The notes under the pieces: model-generated
The model's input: the letters and a program-made list of their open reading frames with translations, nothing else
Told to the model about the DNA's origin: nothing
The model's database searches: none
Assembly (NCBI RefSeq): GCF_009914755.1
Contig: NC_060941.1
DNA: 64,000 nucleotides
Source of the DNA: the human T2T-CHM13v2.0 reference genome, Homo sapiens
Direction: 5' to 3' (one strand)
Position numbers and translations under genes: made by a program
Shown: positions 1 to 19,534 of the stretch, in pieces
Position numbering within the stretch: position 1 is the first letter of the stretch
Layout of the letters: each line of letters begins with the position of its first letter

Positions 1-30
1 AATATCAAACACGTCCCGGGAGGCGGCAGT
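1..30 (+). CDS. MAPT: Tau exon 10, 3' end (N296-S305, NIKHVPGGGS; repeat R2, 4R-specific cassette exon)
   Basis: AAT ATC AAA CAC GTC CCG GGA GGC GGC AGT followed by donor gtgagt at 31. P301 codon CCG (16-18) and S305 AGT are wild type. Confidence 0.98.
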
Positions 31-49
31 GTGAGTACCTTCACACGTC
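25..49 (+). promoter_or_regulatory. MAPT: Exon 10/intron 10 RNA stem-loop that sequesters the 5' splice site (FTDP-17 mutation hotspot)
   Basis: ggcagtgtgagtaccttcacacgtc: gtgtga pairs with tcacac around a gtacct loop. Established element; the +3,+13,+14,+16 positions are wild type. Confidence 0.93.
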
Positions 50-594
50 CCATGCGCCGTGCTGTGGCTTGAATTATTAGGAAGTGGTGTGAGTGCGTAC
101 ACTTGCGAGACACTGCATAGAATAAATCCTTCTTGGGCTCTCAGGATCTGGCTGCGACCTCTGGGTGAATGTAGCCCGGCTCCCCACATTCCCCCACACG
201 GTCCACTGTTCCCAGAAGCCCCTTCCTCATATTCTAGGAGGGGGTGTCCCAGCATTTCTGGGTCCCCCAGCCTGCGCAGGCTGTGTGGACAGAATAGGGC
301 AGATGACGGACCCTCTCTCCGGACCCTGCCTGGGAAGCTGAGAATACCCATCAAAGTCTCCTTCCACTCATGCCCAGCCCTGTCCCCAGGAGCCCCATAG
401 CCCATTGGAAGTTGGGCTGAAGGTGGTGGCACCTGAGACTGGGCTGCCGCCTCCTCCCCCGACACCTGGGCAGGTTGACGTTGAGTGGCTCCACTGTGGA
501 CAGGTGACCCGTTTGTTCTGATGAGCGGACACCAAGGTCTTACTGTCCTGCTCAGCTGCTGCTCCTACACGTTCAAGGCAGGAGCCGATTCCTA

Positions 595-1030
<436 letters not shown>

Positions 1031-1932
1031 AATCATATAATAATTTTAAAATAAATAGATTTGGCTTCCTCTAAATGTCCCCGGGGACTCCGTGCATCTT
1101 CTGTGGAGTGTCTCCGTGAGATTCGGGACTCAGATCCTCAAGTGCAACTGACCCACCCGATAAGCTGAGGCTTCATCATCCCCTGGCCGGTCTATGTCGA
1201 CTGGGCACCCGAGGCTCCTCTCCCACCAGCTCTCTTGGTCAGCTGAAAGCAAACTGTTAACACCCTGGGGAGCTGGACGTATGAGACCCTTGGGGTGGGA
1301 GGCGTTGATTTTTGAGAGCAATCACCTGGCCCTGGCTGGCAGTACCGGGACACTGCTGTGGCTCCGGGGTGGGCTGTCTCCAGAAAATGCCTGGCCTGAG
1401 GCAGCCACCCGCATCCAGCCCAGAGGGTTTATTCTTGCAATGTGCTGCTGCTTCCTGCCCTGAGCACCTGGATCCCGGCTTCTGCCCTGAGGCCCCTTGA
1501 GTCCCACAGGTAGCAAGCGCTTGCCCTGCGGCTGCTGCATGGGGCTAACTAACGCTTCCTCACCAGTGTCTGCTAAGTGTCTCCTCTGTCTCCCACGCCC
1601 TGCTCTCCTGTCCCCCCAGTTTGTCTGCTGTGAGGGGACAGAAGAGGTGTGTGCCGCCCCCACCCCTGCCCGGGCCCTTGTTCCTGGGATTGCTGTTTTC
1701 AGCTGTTTGAGCTTTGATCCTGGTTCTCTGGCTTCCTCAAAGTGAGCTCGGCCAGAGGAGGAAGGCCATGTGCTTTCTGGTTGAAGTCAAGTCTGGTGCC
1801 CTGGTGGAGGCTGTGCTGCTGAGGCGGAGCTGGGGAGAGAGTGCACACGGGCTGCGTGGCCAACCCCTCTGGGTAGCTGATGCCCAAAGACGCTGCAGTG
1901 CCCAGGACATCTGGGACCTCCCTGGGGCCCGC

Positions 1933-2044
1933 CCGTGTGTCCCGCGCTGTGTTCATCTGCGGGCTAGCCTGTGACCCGCGCTGTGCTCGTCTGCGGGCTA
2001 GCCTGTGTCCCGCGCTCTGCTTGTCTGCGGTCTAGCCTGTGACC
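1933..2044. repeat. 34-bp CpG-rich minisatellite, ~3.3 copies
   Basis: Unit gcctgtg(a/t)cccgcgctgtgctcgtctgcgggcta starting at 1933, 1967, 2001 and (partial) 2035. Confidence 0.85.
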
Positions 2045-3786
2045 TGGCAGAGAGCCACCAGATGTCCCGGGCTGAGCACTGCCCTCTGAGCACCTTCACA
2101 GGAAGCCCTTCTCCTGGTGAGAAGAGATGCCAGCCCCTGGCATCTGGGGGCACTGGATCCCTGGCCTGAGCCCTAGCCTCTCCCCAGCCTGGGGGCCCCT
2201 TCCCAGCAGGCTGGCCCTGCTCCTTCTCTACCTGGGACCCTTCTGCCTCCTGGCTGGACCCTGGAAGCTCTGCAGGGCCTGCTGTCCCCCTCCCTGCCCT
2301 CCAGGTATCCTGACCACCGGCCCTGGCTCCCACTGCCATCCACTCCTCTCCTTTCTGGCCGTTCCCTGGTCCCTGTCCCAGCCCCCCTCCCCCTCTCACG
2401 AGTTACCTCACCCAGGCCAGAGGGAAGAGGGAAGGAGGCCCTGGTCATACCAGCACGTCCTCCCACCTCCCTCGGCCCTGGTCCACCCCCTCAGTGCTGG
2501 CCTCAGAGCACAGCTCTCTCCAAGCCAGGCCGCGCGCCATCCATCCTCCCTGTCCCCCAACGTCCTTGCCACAGATCATGTCCGCCCTGACACACATGGG
2601 TCTCAGCCATCTCTGCCCCAGTTAACTCCCCATCCATAAAGAGCACATGCCAGCTGACACCAAAATAATTCGGGATGGTTCCAGTTTAGACCTAAGTGGA
2701 AGGAGAAACCACCACCTGCCCTGCACCTTGTTTTTTGGTGACCTTGATAAACCATCTTCAGCCATGAAGCCAGCTGTCTCCCAGGAAGCTCCAGGGCGGT
2801 GCTTCCTCGGGAGCTGACTGATAGGTGGGAGGTGGCTGCCCCCTTGCACCCTCAGGTGACCCCACACAAGGCCACTGCTGGAGGCCCTGGGGACTCCAGG
2901 AATGTCAATCAGTGACCTGCCCCCCAGGCCCCACACAGCCATGGCTGCATAGAGGCCTGCCTCCAAGGGACCTGTCTGTCTGCCACTGTGGAGTCCCTAC
3001 AGCGTGCCCCCCACAGGGGAGCTGGTTCTTTGACTGAGATCAGCTGGCAGCTCAGGGTCATCATTCCCAGAGGGAGCGGTGCCCTGGAGGCCACAGGCCT
3101 CCTCATGTGTGTCTGCGTCCGCTCGAGCTTACTGAGACACTAAATCTGTTGGTTTCTGCTGTGCCACCTACCCACCCTGTTGGTGTTGCTTTGTTCCTAT
3201 TGCTAAAGACAGGAATGTCCAGGACACTGAGTGTGCAGGTGCCTGCTGGTTCTCACGTCCGAGCTGCTGAACTCCGCTGGGTCCTGCTTACTGATGGTCT
3301 TTGCTCTAGTGCTTTCCAGGGTCCGTGGAAGCTTTTCCTGGAATAAAGCCCACGCATCGACCCTCACAGCGCCTCCCCTCTTTGAGGCCCAGCAGATACC
3401 CCACTCCTGCCTTTCCAGCAAGATTTTTCAGATGCTGTGCATACTCATCATATTGATCACTTTTTTCTTCATGCCTGATTGTGATCTGTCAATTTCATGT
3501 CAGGAAAGGGAGTGACATTTTTACACTTAAGCGTTTGCTGAGCAAATGTCTGGGTCTTGCACAATGACAATGGGTCCCTGTTTTTCCCAGAGGCTCTTTT
3601 GTTCTGCAGGGATTGAAGACACTCCAGTCCCACAGTCCCCAGCTCCCCTGGGGCAGGGTTGGCAGAATTTCGACAACACATTTTTCCACCCTGACTAGGA
3701 TGTGCTCCTCATGGCAGCTGGGAACCACTGTCCAATAAGGGCCTGGGCTTACACAGCTGCTTCTCATTGAGTTACACCCTTAATAA

Positions 3787-4011
<225 letters not shown>

Positions 4012-4220
4012 TGAGGCTGGAACTGCTCCAGACTTCAGAAGGGGCTGGAAAGGATATTTTAGGTAGACCTACATCAAGGAAAGTGTTGAGTGTGAAACTT
4101 GCGGGAGCCCAGGAGGCGTGGTGGCTCCAGCTCGCTCCTGCCCAGGCCATGCTGCCCAAGACAAGGTGAGGCGGGAGTGAAGTGAAATAAGGCAGGCACA
4201 GAAAGAAAGCACATATTCTC

Positions 4221-5500
<1,280 letters not shown>

Positions 5501-5736
5501 TATATTTTTTAAGGTGAAGAGGGAGGCGAGATGCTGGCCTTAACCCCTAACCCGTTGTTCTCCCTGCAAGCTGTCCACAGGGCCTCTCAGACTCGAGGTT
5601 CAGCTATATGGATGCATGAGCTTGGTCCCCAGCCAACATGGGAGACACTTCACCATCGGCAGCAGCTACAGCACAGGAACCCTGGGTCACTGCCATGTCC
5701 CCTCTGTGACTTTGTTTAAACAGAAAATGATGCTCT

Positions 5737-7820
<2,084 letters not shown>

Positions 7821-7893
7821 TTAGAGTAATTTTTCCTGGGCTGAGCTGTCATTTACTTTTGCAGTATCTCAAGAAGAAGAGTTTACAGTGTAA

Positions 7894-8400
<507 letters not shown>

Positions 8401-8610
8401 TAATCAAGTTGAGTGGACAAAGGCTGGTCCAGTTCCCAGAGGAGGAAAACAGAGGCTTCTGTGTTGACTGGCTGGATGTGGGCCCTCAGCAGCATCCAGT
8501 GGGTCTCCACTGCCTGTCTCAATCACCTGGAGCTTTAGCACGTTTCACACCTGGGCCCCAACCTGGAGAGGCTGACCAATGGGTCTCAGGGGCAGCTCGG
8601 TTGCTGGAGT

Positions 8611-9290
<680 letters not shown>

Positions 9291-9351
9291 TAAGTCACTG
9301 CAGTTTTTAAAGCTCCCAGGTGATTCTTCAGTGCAGTCAAAAGTGAGAACT

Positions 9352-9663
<312 letters not shown>

Positions 9664-10131
9664 CTAGGCCCTGATGTTTGCAGGCAACTAAAAAAGGAAG
9701 TGGACATCCCCAGTCAGCTGTGGCGCACCAAGAACAAGTCATGGGAACATAACCTAATTTTCTAAATGGGTTACTAGGCACTTAGAGCAAAACAATGATG
9801 CCGAAATCCTGATTTCAGCAAAGCCTCTGCCTGCCTGTCTTGGAAGTATCCACATGAGGCTGCTGGGGCCTTGGTGTCCCCAGCAGTTTCTAGTCTCTAG
9901 GTCTTGCTGTGGGTGTCTGTGCAGTGAGGGTGTGTGTGGCGCTGGGTGAGCTCTGTCTAGGCCTGGCACAGGATGCGGTCTGGTAGCTGCTGCTTCTCTT
10001 CTGCAGAAGCGCAGCCAAGCACCCTCTGGGGTTTCAGGCCCACACCCAGCCTGAAGTTCTGGGAGTGGCTCACTTTCCAACCTTCAGGGTCTCCCAGCAG
10101 CTGACTGGGGAGTGGTGGAGGGAAAAGGGAT

Positions 10132-10488
10132 TGTATTAGTCCGTTTTCACGCCGCTGATGAAGACATACCCGATACTGGGCAGTCTAAAAGATAGAGGTC
10201 TGATGGACTCACAGTTCCACGTGACTGGGGAGGCCTGACAATCATGGTGGAAGGTGAAAGGCTTGTCTCACACGGTGGCAGACAAGAGAAAAGAGCTTGT
10301 GCAGGGGAACTCCCCTTTATAAAACCATCAGATCTCGGGAGACTTATTCACTATCATGAGAACAGCACGGGAAAGACCCTCCTCTATGATTCAATTACCT
10401 CCCACCAGGTCCCTCCCACAACATGTAGGAATTGTGGGAACTACAATTCAAGATGACATTTGGGTGGGGACACAGCCAAACCATATCA
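10132..10488 (-). mobile_element. Second THE1-type solo LTR
   Basis: Same termini tgtattagtcc...ccaaaccatatca, ~357 bp. Confidence 0.88.
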
Positions 10489-11691
10489 GGGCGTCCCAGA
10501 AAGGGTATAGGGTCTGAGACCCAAGTCAGCATGAGAAAGTATGCTTCTCATGGTGGCCCAGTTGGGTGGAAGTGGCAGCCGGGCCGTCTTTCCACCAGGC
10601 CACTCAAGTAGCAGCTGAGAGACCCCTGCCCTGGCCAGTCCCCGCCCTCCCCTCTTGCCACTGCCTCTGGTTCTGAACAGATGGGCACCCTCATCTTGTA
10701 TTTGTGATTAATGTCTAACAATGTAGTTTTGTGAGAAGGGTTTGCTGATACAGCCTTGCTGCAGATGCTGCGAACTGTGGCCTGGGGCAGACCTTACCTC
10801 CAGACACGCCCTGAGGCAGGGGAGGGCACTGGCCCGTAGCTGGCCGAGAGCTCTCGGGTTGCGCGACAGGGATACTTTTCAGCGGCTGGGTCGCTATCCA
10901 AAGTGAGAAAACGAGGAGGGACCAGGAGGCTGTCCGCCTCAAGAGATGTGGGGGCCAGGTCCAGTTATCTGGGGAAGCAGTAAGCTTCTCTGCTGTTTCT
11001 AACCCCAGGCCTCCCCTGGTCTAAGGCAGGGCCTCCCAGCCTCGGGGCATTTTAAAGATATCTGGGCCTGGCCCCATCCCCACAGTCTGACTGAGTGGGT
11101 CTGGATAGGGCCTGAGCATTGGTGATTTCCTGGGTGAAAGGAGGCCCCTCACAGTCTCTGGAAGCTTCTCTGTGTTAGGAAAAGCTCTGGGCTTGACTCT
11201 GCTTTGAAAGTCAAGATCCGCAAATCCTCTCAGCCTCAGTTTCTCCTTCAGCAAGATGAAATGGAAATGCTGTACCTACGTCCCGGGGTGGTTGTGAGAC
11301 CCAAAAAAGACAATGTTCTGGAAGGTTCCTGGTGCGTTGCAGTCCTCTAAGAACCTGAGTTAGAGCCACGCTGAGTCTCAGCTTCTTGGCTCCTTCTGTT
11401 TCAAACTCGTCCATGTGATAGCTCAGGAAGGGTAGGCAGGGCCCTGCCCCCTACTCAGAAAACACCATCCTGGTCCTGGGGATCCCCGCAGCATTAGTCC
11501 CCTGTTTTCCCAGTGTATTGAGAAAAATTGCTAACAAGCAGTGGGGCACACCACCAGCCTCCTGGGTTCCTTTCAGTTTGGGGATTTTTGGACATTCCCA
11601 GGAATGTCTTAAAAAACACTTCAAAAAACATTAACATAAATATTTTTATCAAAGCCTGTATTAAATGGTCTTTCAAGAAAATACAGTAACA

Positions 11692-13790
<2,099 letters not shown>

Positions 13791-14019
13791 TCAGGCCCCT
13801 GGGGCGGTCAATAATTGTGGAGAGGAGAGAATGAGAGAGTGTGGAAAAAAAAAGAATAATGACCCGGCCCCCGCCCTCTGCCCCCAGCTGCTCCTCGCAG
13901 TTCGGTTAATTGGTTAATCACTTAACCTGCTTTTGTCACTCGGCTTTGGCTCGGGACTTCAAAATCAGTGATGGGAGTAAGAGCAAATTTCATCTTTCCA
14001 AATTGATGGGTGGGCTAGT

Positions 14020-14025
14020 AATAAA
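14020..14025 (+). terminator. MAPT: Proximal MAPT poly(A) signal (short 3'UTR isoform)
   Basis: AATAAA ~230 nt after the stop; short and long tau mRNAs are established. Confidence 0.75.
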
Positions 14026-17000
14026 ATATTTAAAAAAAAACATTCAAAAACATGGCCACATCCAACATTTCCTCAGGCAATTCCTTTTGATTCTTTTTTC
14101 TTCCCCCTCCATGTAGAAGAGGGAGAAGGAGAGGCTCTGAAAGCTGCTTCTGGGGGATTTCAAGGGACTGGGGGTGCCAACCACCTCTGGCCCTGTTGTG
14201 GGGGTGTCACAGAGGCAGTGGCAGCAACAAAGGATTTGAAACTTGGTGTGTTCGTGGAGCCACAGGCAGACGATGTCAACCTTGTGTGAGTGTGACGGGG
14301 GTTGGGGTGGGGCGGGAGGCCACGGGGGAGGCCGAGGCAGGGGCTGGGCAGAGGGGAGAGGAAGCACAAGAAGTGGGAGTGGGAGAGGAAGCCACGTGCT
14401 GGAGAGTAGACATCCCCCTCCTTGCCGCTGGGAGAGCCAAGGCCTATGCCACCTGCAGCGTCTGAGCGGCCGCCTGTCCTTGGTGGCCGGGGGTGGGGGC
14501 CTGCTGTGGGTCAGTGTGCCACCCTCTGCAGGGCAGCCTGTGGGAGAAGGGACAGCGGGTAAAAAGAGAAGGCAAGCTGGCAGGAGGGTGGCACTTCGTG
14601 GATGACCTCCTTAGAAAAGACTGACCTTGATGTCTTGAGAGCGCTGGCCTCTTCCTCCCTCCCTGCAGGGTAGGGGGCCTGAGTTGAGGGGCTTCCCTCT
14701 GCTCCACAGAAACCCTGTTTTATTGAGTTCTGAAGGTTGGAACTGCTGCCATGATTTTGGCCACTTTGCAGACCTGGGACTTTAGGGCTAACCAGTTCTC
14801 TTTGTAAGGACTTGTGCCTCTTGGGAGACGTCCACCCGTTTCCAAGCCTGGGCCACTGGCATCTCTGGAGTGTGTGGGGGTCTGGGAGGCAGGTCCCGAG
14901 CCCCCTGTCCTTCCCACGGCCACTGCAGTCACCCCGTCTGCGCCGCTGTGCTGTTGTCTGCCGTGAGAGCCCAATCACTGCCTATACCCCTCATCACACG
15001 TCACAATGTCCCGAATTCCCAGCCTCACCACCCCTTCTCAGTAATGACCCTGGTTGGTTGCAGGAGGTACCTACTCCATACTGAGGGTGAAATTAAGGGA
15101 AGGCAAAGTCCAGGCACAAGAGTGGGACCCCAGCCTCTCACTCTCAGTTCCACTCATCCAACTGGGACCCTCACCACGAATCTCATGATCTGATTCGGTT
15201 CCCTGTCTCCTCCTCCCGTCACAGATGTGAGCCAGGGCACTGCTCAGCTGTGACCCTAGGTGTTTCTGCCTTGTTGACATGGAGAGAGCCCTTTCCCCTG
15301 AGAAGGCCTGGCCCCTTCCTGTGCTGAGCCCACAGCAGCAGGCTGGGTGTCTTGGTTGTCAGTGGTGGCACCAGGATGGAAGGGCAAGGCACCCAGGGCA
15401 GGCCCACAGTCCCGCTGTCCCCCACTTGCACCCTAGCTTGTAGCTGCCAACCTCCCAGACAGCCCAGCCCGCTGCTCAGCTCCACATGCATAGTATCAGC
15501 CCTCCACACCCGACAAAGGGGAACACACCCCCTTGGAAATGGTTCTTTTCCCCCAGTCCCAGCTGGAAGCCATGCTGTCTGTTCTGCTGGAGCAGCTGAA
15601 CATATACATAGATGTTGCCCTGCCCTCCCCATCTGCACCCTGTTGAGTTGTAGTTGGATTTGTCTGTTTATGCTTGGATTCACCAGAGTGACTATGATAG
15701 TGAAAAGAAAAAAAAAAAAAAAAAAGGACGCATGTATCTTGAAATGCTTGTAAAGAGGTTTCTAACCCACCCTCACGAGGTGTCTCTCACCCCCACACTG
15801 GGACTCGTGTGGCCTGTGTGGTGCCACCCTGCTGGGGCCTCCCAAGTTTTGAAAGGCTTTCCTCAGCACCTGGGACCCAACAGAGACCAGCTTCTAGCAG
15901 CTAAGGAGGCCGTTCAGCTGTGACGAAGGCCTGAAGCACAGGATTAGGACTGAAGCAATGATGTCCCCTTCCCTACTTCCCCTTGGGGCTCCCTGTGTCA
16001 GGGCACAGACTAGGTCTTGTGGCTGGTCTGGCTTGCGGCGCGAGGATGGTTCTCTCTGGTCATAGCCCGAAGTCTCATGGCAGTCCCAAAGGAGGCTTAC
16101 AACTCCTGCATCACAAGAAAAAGGAAGCCACTGCCAGCTGGGGGGATCTGCAGCTCCCAGAAGCTCCGTGAGCCTCAGCCACCCCTCAGACTGGGTTCCT
16201 CTCCAAGCTCGCCCTCTGGAGGGGCAGCGCAGCCTCCCACCAAGGGCCCTGCGACCACAGCAGGGATTGGGATGAATTGCCTGTCCTGGATCTGCTCTAG
16301 AGGCCCAAGCTGCCTGCCTGAGGAAGGATGACTTGACAAGTCAGGAGACACTGTTCCCAAAGCCTTGACCAGAGCACCTCAGCCCGCTGACCTTGCACAA
16401 ACTCCATCTGCTGCCATGAGAAAAGGGAAGCCGCCTTTGCAAAACATTGCTGCCTAAAGAAACTCAGCAGCCTCAGGCCCAATTCTGCCACTTCTGGTTT
16501 GGGTACAGTTAAAGGCAACCCTGAGGGACTTGGCAGTAGAAATCCAGGGCCTCCCCTGGGGCTGGCAGCTTCGTGTGCAGCTAGAGCTTTACCTGAAAGG
16601 AAGTCTCTGGGCCCAGAACTCTCCACCAAGAGCCTCCCTGCCGTTCGCTGAGTCCCAGCAATTCTCCTAAGTTGAAGGGATCTGAGAAGGAGAAGGAAAT
16701 GTGGGGTAGATTTGGTGGTGGTTAGAGATATGCCCCCCTCATTACTGCCAACAGTTTCGGCTGCATTTCTTCACGCACCTCGGTTCCTCTTCCTGAAGTT
16801 CTTGTGCCCTGCTCTTCAGCACCATGGGCCTTCTTATACGGAAGGCTCTGGGATCTCCCCCTTGTGGGGCAGGCTCTTGGGGCCAGCCTAAGATCATGGT
16901 TTAGGGTGATCAGTGCTGGCAGATAAATTGAAAAGGCACGCTGGCTTGTGATCTTAAATGAGGACAATCCCCCCAGGGCTGGGCACTCCTCCCCTCCCCT

Positions 17001-17929
17001 CACTTCTCCCACCTGCAGAGCCAGTGTCCTTGGGTGGGCTAGATAGGATATACTGTATGCCGGCTCCTTCAAGCTGCTGACTCACTTTATCAATAGTTCC
17101 ATTTAAATTGACTTCAGTGGTGAGACTGTATCCTGTTTGCTATTGCTTGTTGTGCTATGGGGGGAGGGGGGAGGAATGTGTAAGATAGTTAACATGGGCA
17201 AAGGGAGATCTTGGGGTGCAGCACTTAAACTGCCTCGTAACCCTTTTCATGATTTCAACCACATTTGCTAGAGGGAGGGAGCAGCCACGGAGTTAGAGGC
17301 CCTTGGGGTTTCTCTTTTCCACTGACAGGCTTTCCCAGGCAGCTGGCTAGTTCATTCCCTCCCCAGCCAGGTGCAGGCGTAGGAATATGGACATCTGGTT
17401 GCTTTGGCCTGCTGCCCTCTTTCAGGGGTCCTAAGCCCACAATCATGCCTCCCTAAGACCTTGGCATCCTTCCCTCTAAGCCGTTGGCACCTCTGTGCCA
17501 CCTCTCACACTGGCTCCAGACACACAGCCTGTGCTTTTGGAGCTGAGATCACTCGCTTCACCCTCCTCATCTTTGTTCTCCAAGTAAAGCCACGAGGTCG
17601 GGGCGAGGGCAGAGGTGATCACCTGCGTGTCCCATCTACAGACCTGCAGCTTCATAAAACTTCTGATTTCTCTTCAGCTTTGAAAAGGGTTACCCTGGGC
17701 ACTGGCCTAGAGCCTCACCTCCTAATAGACTTAGCCCCATGAGTTTGCCATGTTGAGCAGGACTATTTCTGGCACTTGCAAGTCCCATGATTTCTTCGGT
17801 AATTCTGAGGGTGGGGGGAGGGACATGAAATCATCTTAGCTTAGCTTTCTGTCTGTGAATGTCTATATAGTGTATTGTGTGTTTTAACAAATGATTTACA
17901 CTGACTGTTGCTGTAAAAGTGAATTTGGA

Positions 17930-17935
17930 AATAAA
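17930..17935 (+). terminator. MAPT: Distal MAPT poly(A) signal
   Basis: AATAAA with upstream TGTA elements; further ATTAAA 17948-17953 and AATAAA 18069-18074. Confidence 0.85.
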
Positions 17936-18829
17936 GTTATTACTCTGATTAAATAAGGTCTCCATTCATGGATTCCAAGGACAAGAAAGTCATATAGAAT
18001 GTCTATTTTTTAAGTTCTTTCCCACGCACCCTTAGATAATTTAGCTCAGAACAGGAAATGATAGTATTAATAAAAGCTGGACATCAGGATTAACAGCTCT
18101 CTCTGGGGCCCTGAAGGTGAGAGTTCTCAGACTTGCTCATTTGCAGTTGCTTCTTTGTGATGCTGGCAAACCATCCTAGTCCCATTCAAAGGGCAATACA
18201 AAGCCTTGTGGCTGACCTCACGATGCAGCACTCAGTTTGCAAGACCGGCACCAGTGTATGCAAACCTGAGAAGGTTGGGGATGAGGATATGGGATCTTTC
18301 ATCCCTGGAAATTTAGTCCAGAGGCCTGGGGCTGGAGCAGAACACCAAGCCAATCAGCTTAATGAATGGCTTAGATTCCTGCTAGGTTTGCAGAGCTGCC
18401 TTCTTTCCTTTGGTACCTTATTATAGATTGAGGAGTATTTCTGCTAAACCAAGATAGGGATAACCAGATAGCATCTTCATAGCAATGCCACAAAGGAAAA
18501 CAAAAACAAAACAGTAATCCATCATATTATTCCTTAGTAACTATGCCAAGGTCATGATACTGAATCCTTAGATTGTTTCAAAATACTACTTTTCTTTGCT
18601 CTTCCTGATGTGTTTGCCACCGCAGGCAGATGTTTAAGTAAAACAGATTTTAACTGCAGCTACAAAAGCAGCAACAGGCCAGCAAAAGAGAAGTGCTATC
18701 TCAGAGAGCATGGCTTTCAGAGCCACAAGAGACAGCCTCACTGGCTGTTTCAGCTTGACTGCCATGCAAAGAAGAGAGCAGAGGGAGAACCAGCCCCACC
18801 CACTTATTCATCTTGTACAAAAAAAAAGC

Positions 18830-19056
18830 ACCTACCAGCCTAGGCTACATAGTGAGACACTATCTCCACAAAAAACCCACGAAAACTAGCTGGGTATGGT
18901 GGCACATGCCTACAGTCCCAGCTACTGGTAAGGCTGTGGTGGGAGGATCTCTTGAGGCCAGGAAGGAGATCCAGGCTGCAGTGAGCCAAGATTGCACCAC
19001 TGCACTCCAGTCTGGACAATCGAGCAAGATCCCATCTCAAACAATAAAAAAAAAAA
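18830..19056 (+). mobile_element. Partial AluJ-like element in the MAPT-KANSL1 gap
   Basis: accagcctaggctacatagtgagac...gcagtgagccaagattgcaccactgcactccag. Confidence 0.8.
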
Positions 19057-19534
19057 GCGTGTAACCTCCTCAGAAGAAAGATGTTATAATCTCAGGCAGC
19101 AGGCAAGAACCAATCCAGGCTCTAAGCAAATTATGTATCTCACTGACCCCACCAAACCTCAGAAAAATTTAACAGTGAGAAGCAAAATCTCCTTTAAAGA
19201 GCAACTTAGAACAGATAGAAAATATCATACAGCTGACTTCACTAGAGAGAAAGTGCATCAACTGCTTTCACTCAACAAAAAGAAAAAAGAGATGATCAAT
19301 GCAGATCCCCTCTCCTCCTGGCAGCCCTTACCCTCAGTGAAAAGCCACCACCATTCTCTCTCTGGTGGCCATCAGATCAACCTGCGGCGTTCCCACAAGA
19401 CAGAATGGAGATTTTCCAAGGTATAGAGCAAGTCAGAGTACCCCAAAGAACGGCGGCAGAGAGCCAGCTCCGAAACTGCCAACACTACCATGCATACACA
19501 GTTCAGTAAGTCAAGAAAGGCCTGGTACACAGCA

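Larger units (their letters stand above)
13791..17953 (+). other. MAPT: MAPT long 3'UTR
   Basis: Alu-free sequence from the stop codon to the distal AATAAA; end coordinate approximate. Confidence 0.85.

Noticed and set aside
1-50. Pathogenic MAPT alleles (P301L/S, S305N, intron 10 +3 to +16)
   Set aside because: Sequence is wild type at these positions; exons 11-13 also translate as wild-type tau.
1933-2044. CRISPR-like array (34-bp palindromic units)
   Set aside because: Units are contiguous with no unique spacers, in a human intron: a minisatellite.
5539-5556. Telomere-like ccttaacccctaaccc
   Set aside because: Only two imperfect units; chance.
15708-15725. A18 run as a transcript end
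   Set aside because: Genomic A-tract without an upstream hexamer; a likely oligo-dT internal priming artefact.
18992-19426. 144-aa ORF in the MAPT-KANSL1 gap
   Set aside because: Begins at a non-ATG codon inside an Alu; no recognisable domain or splice support.
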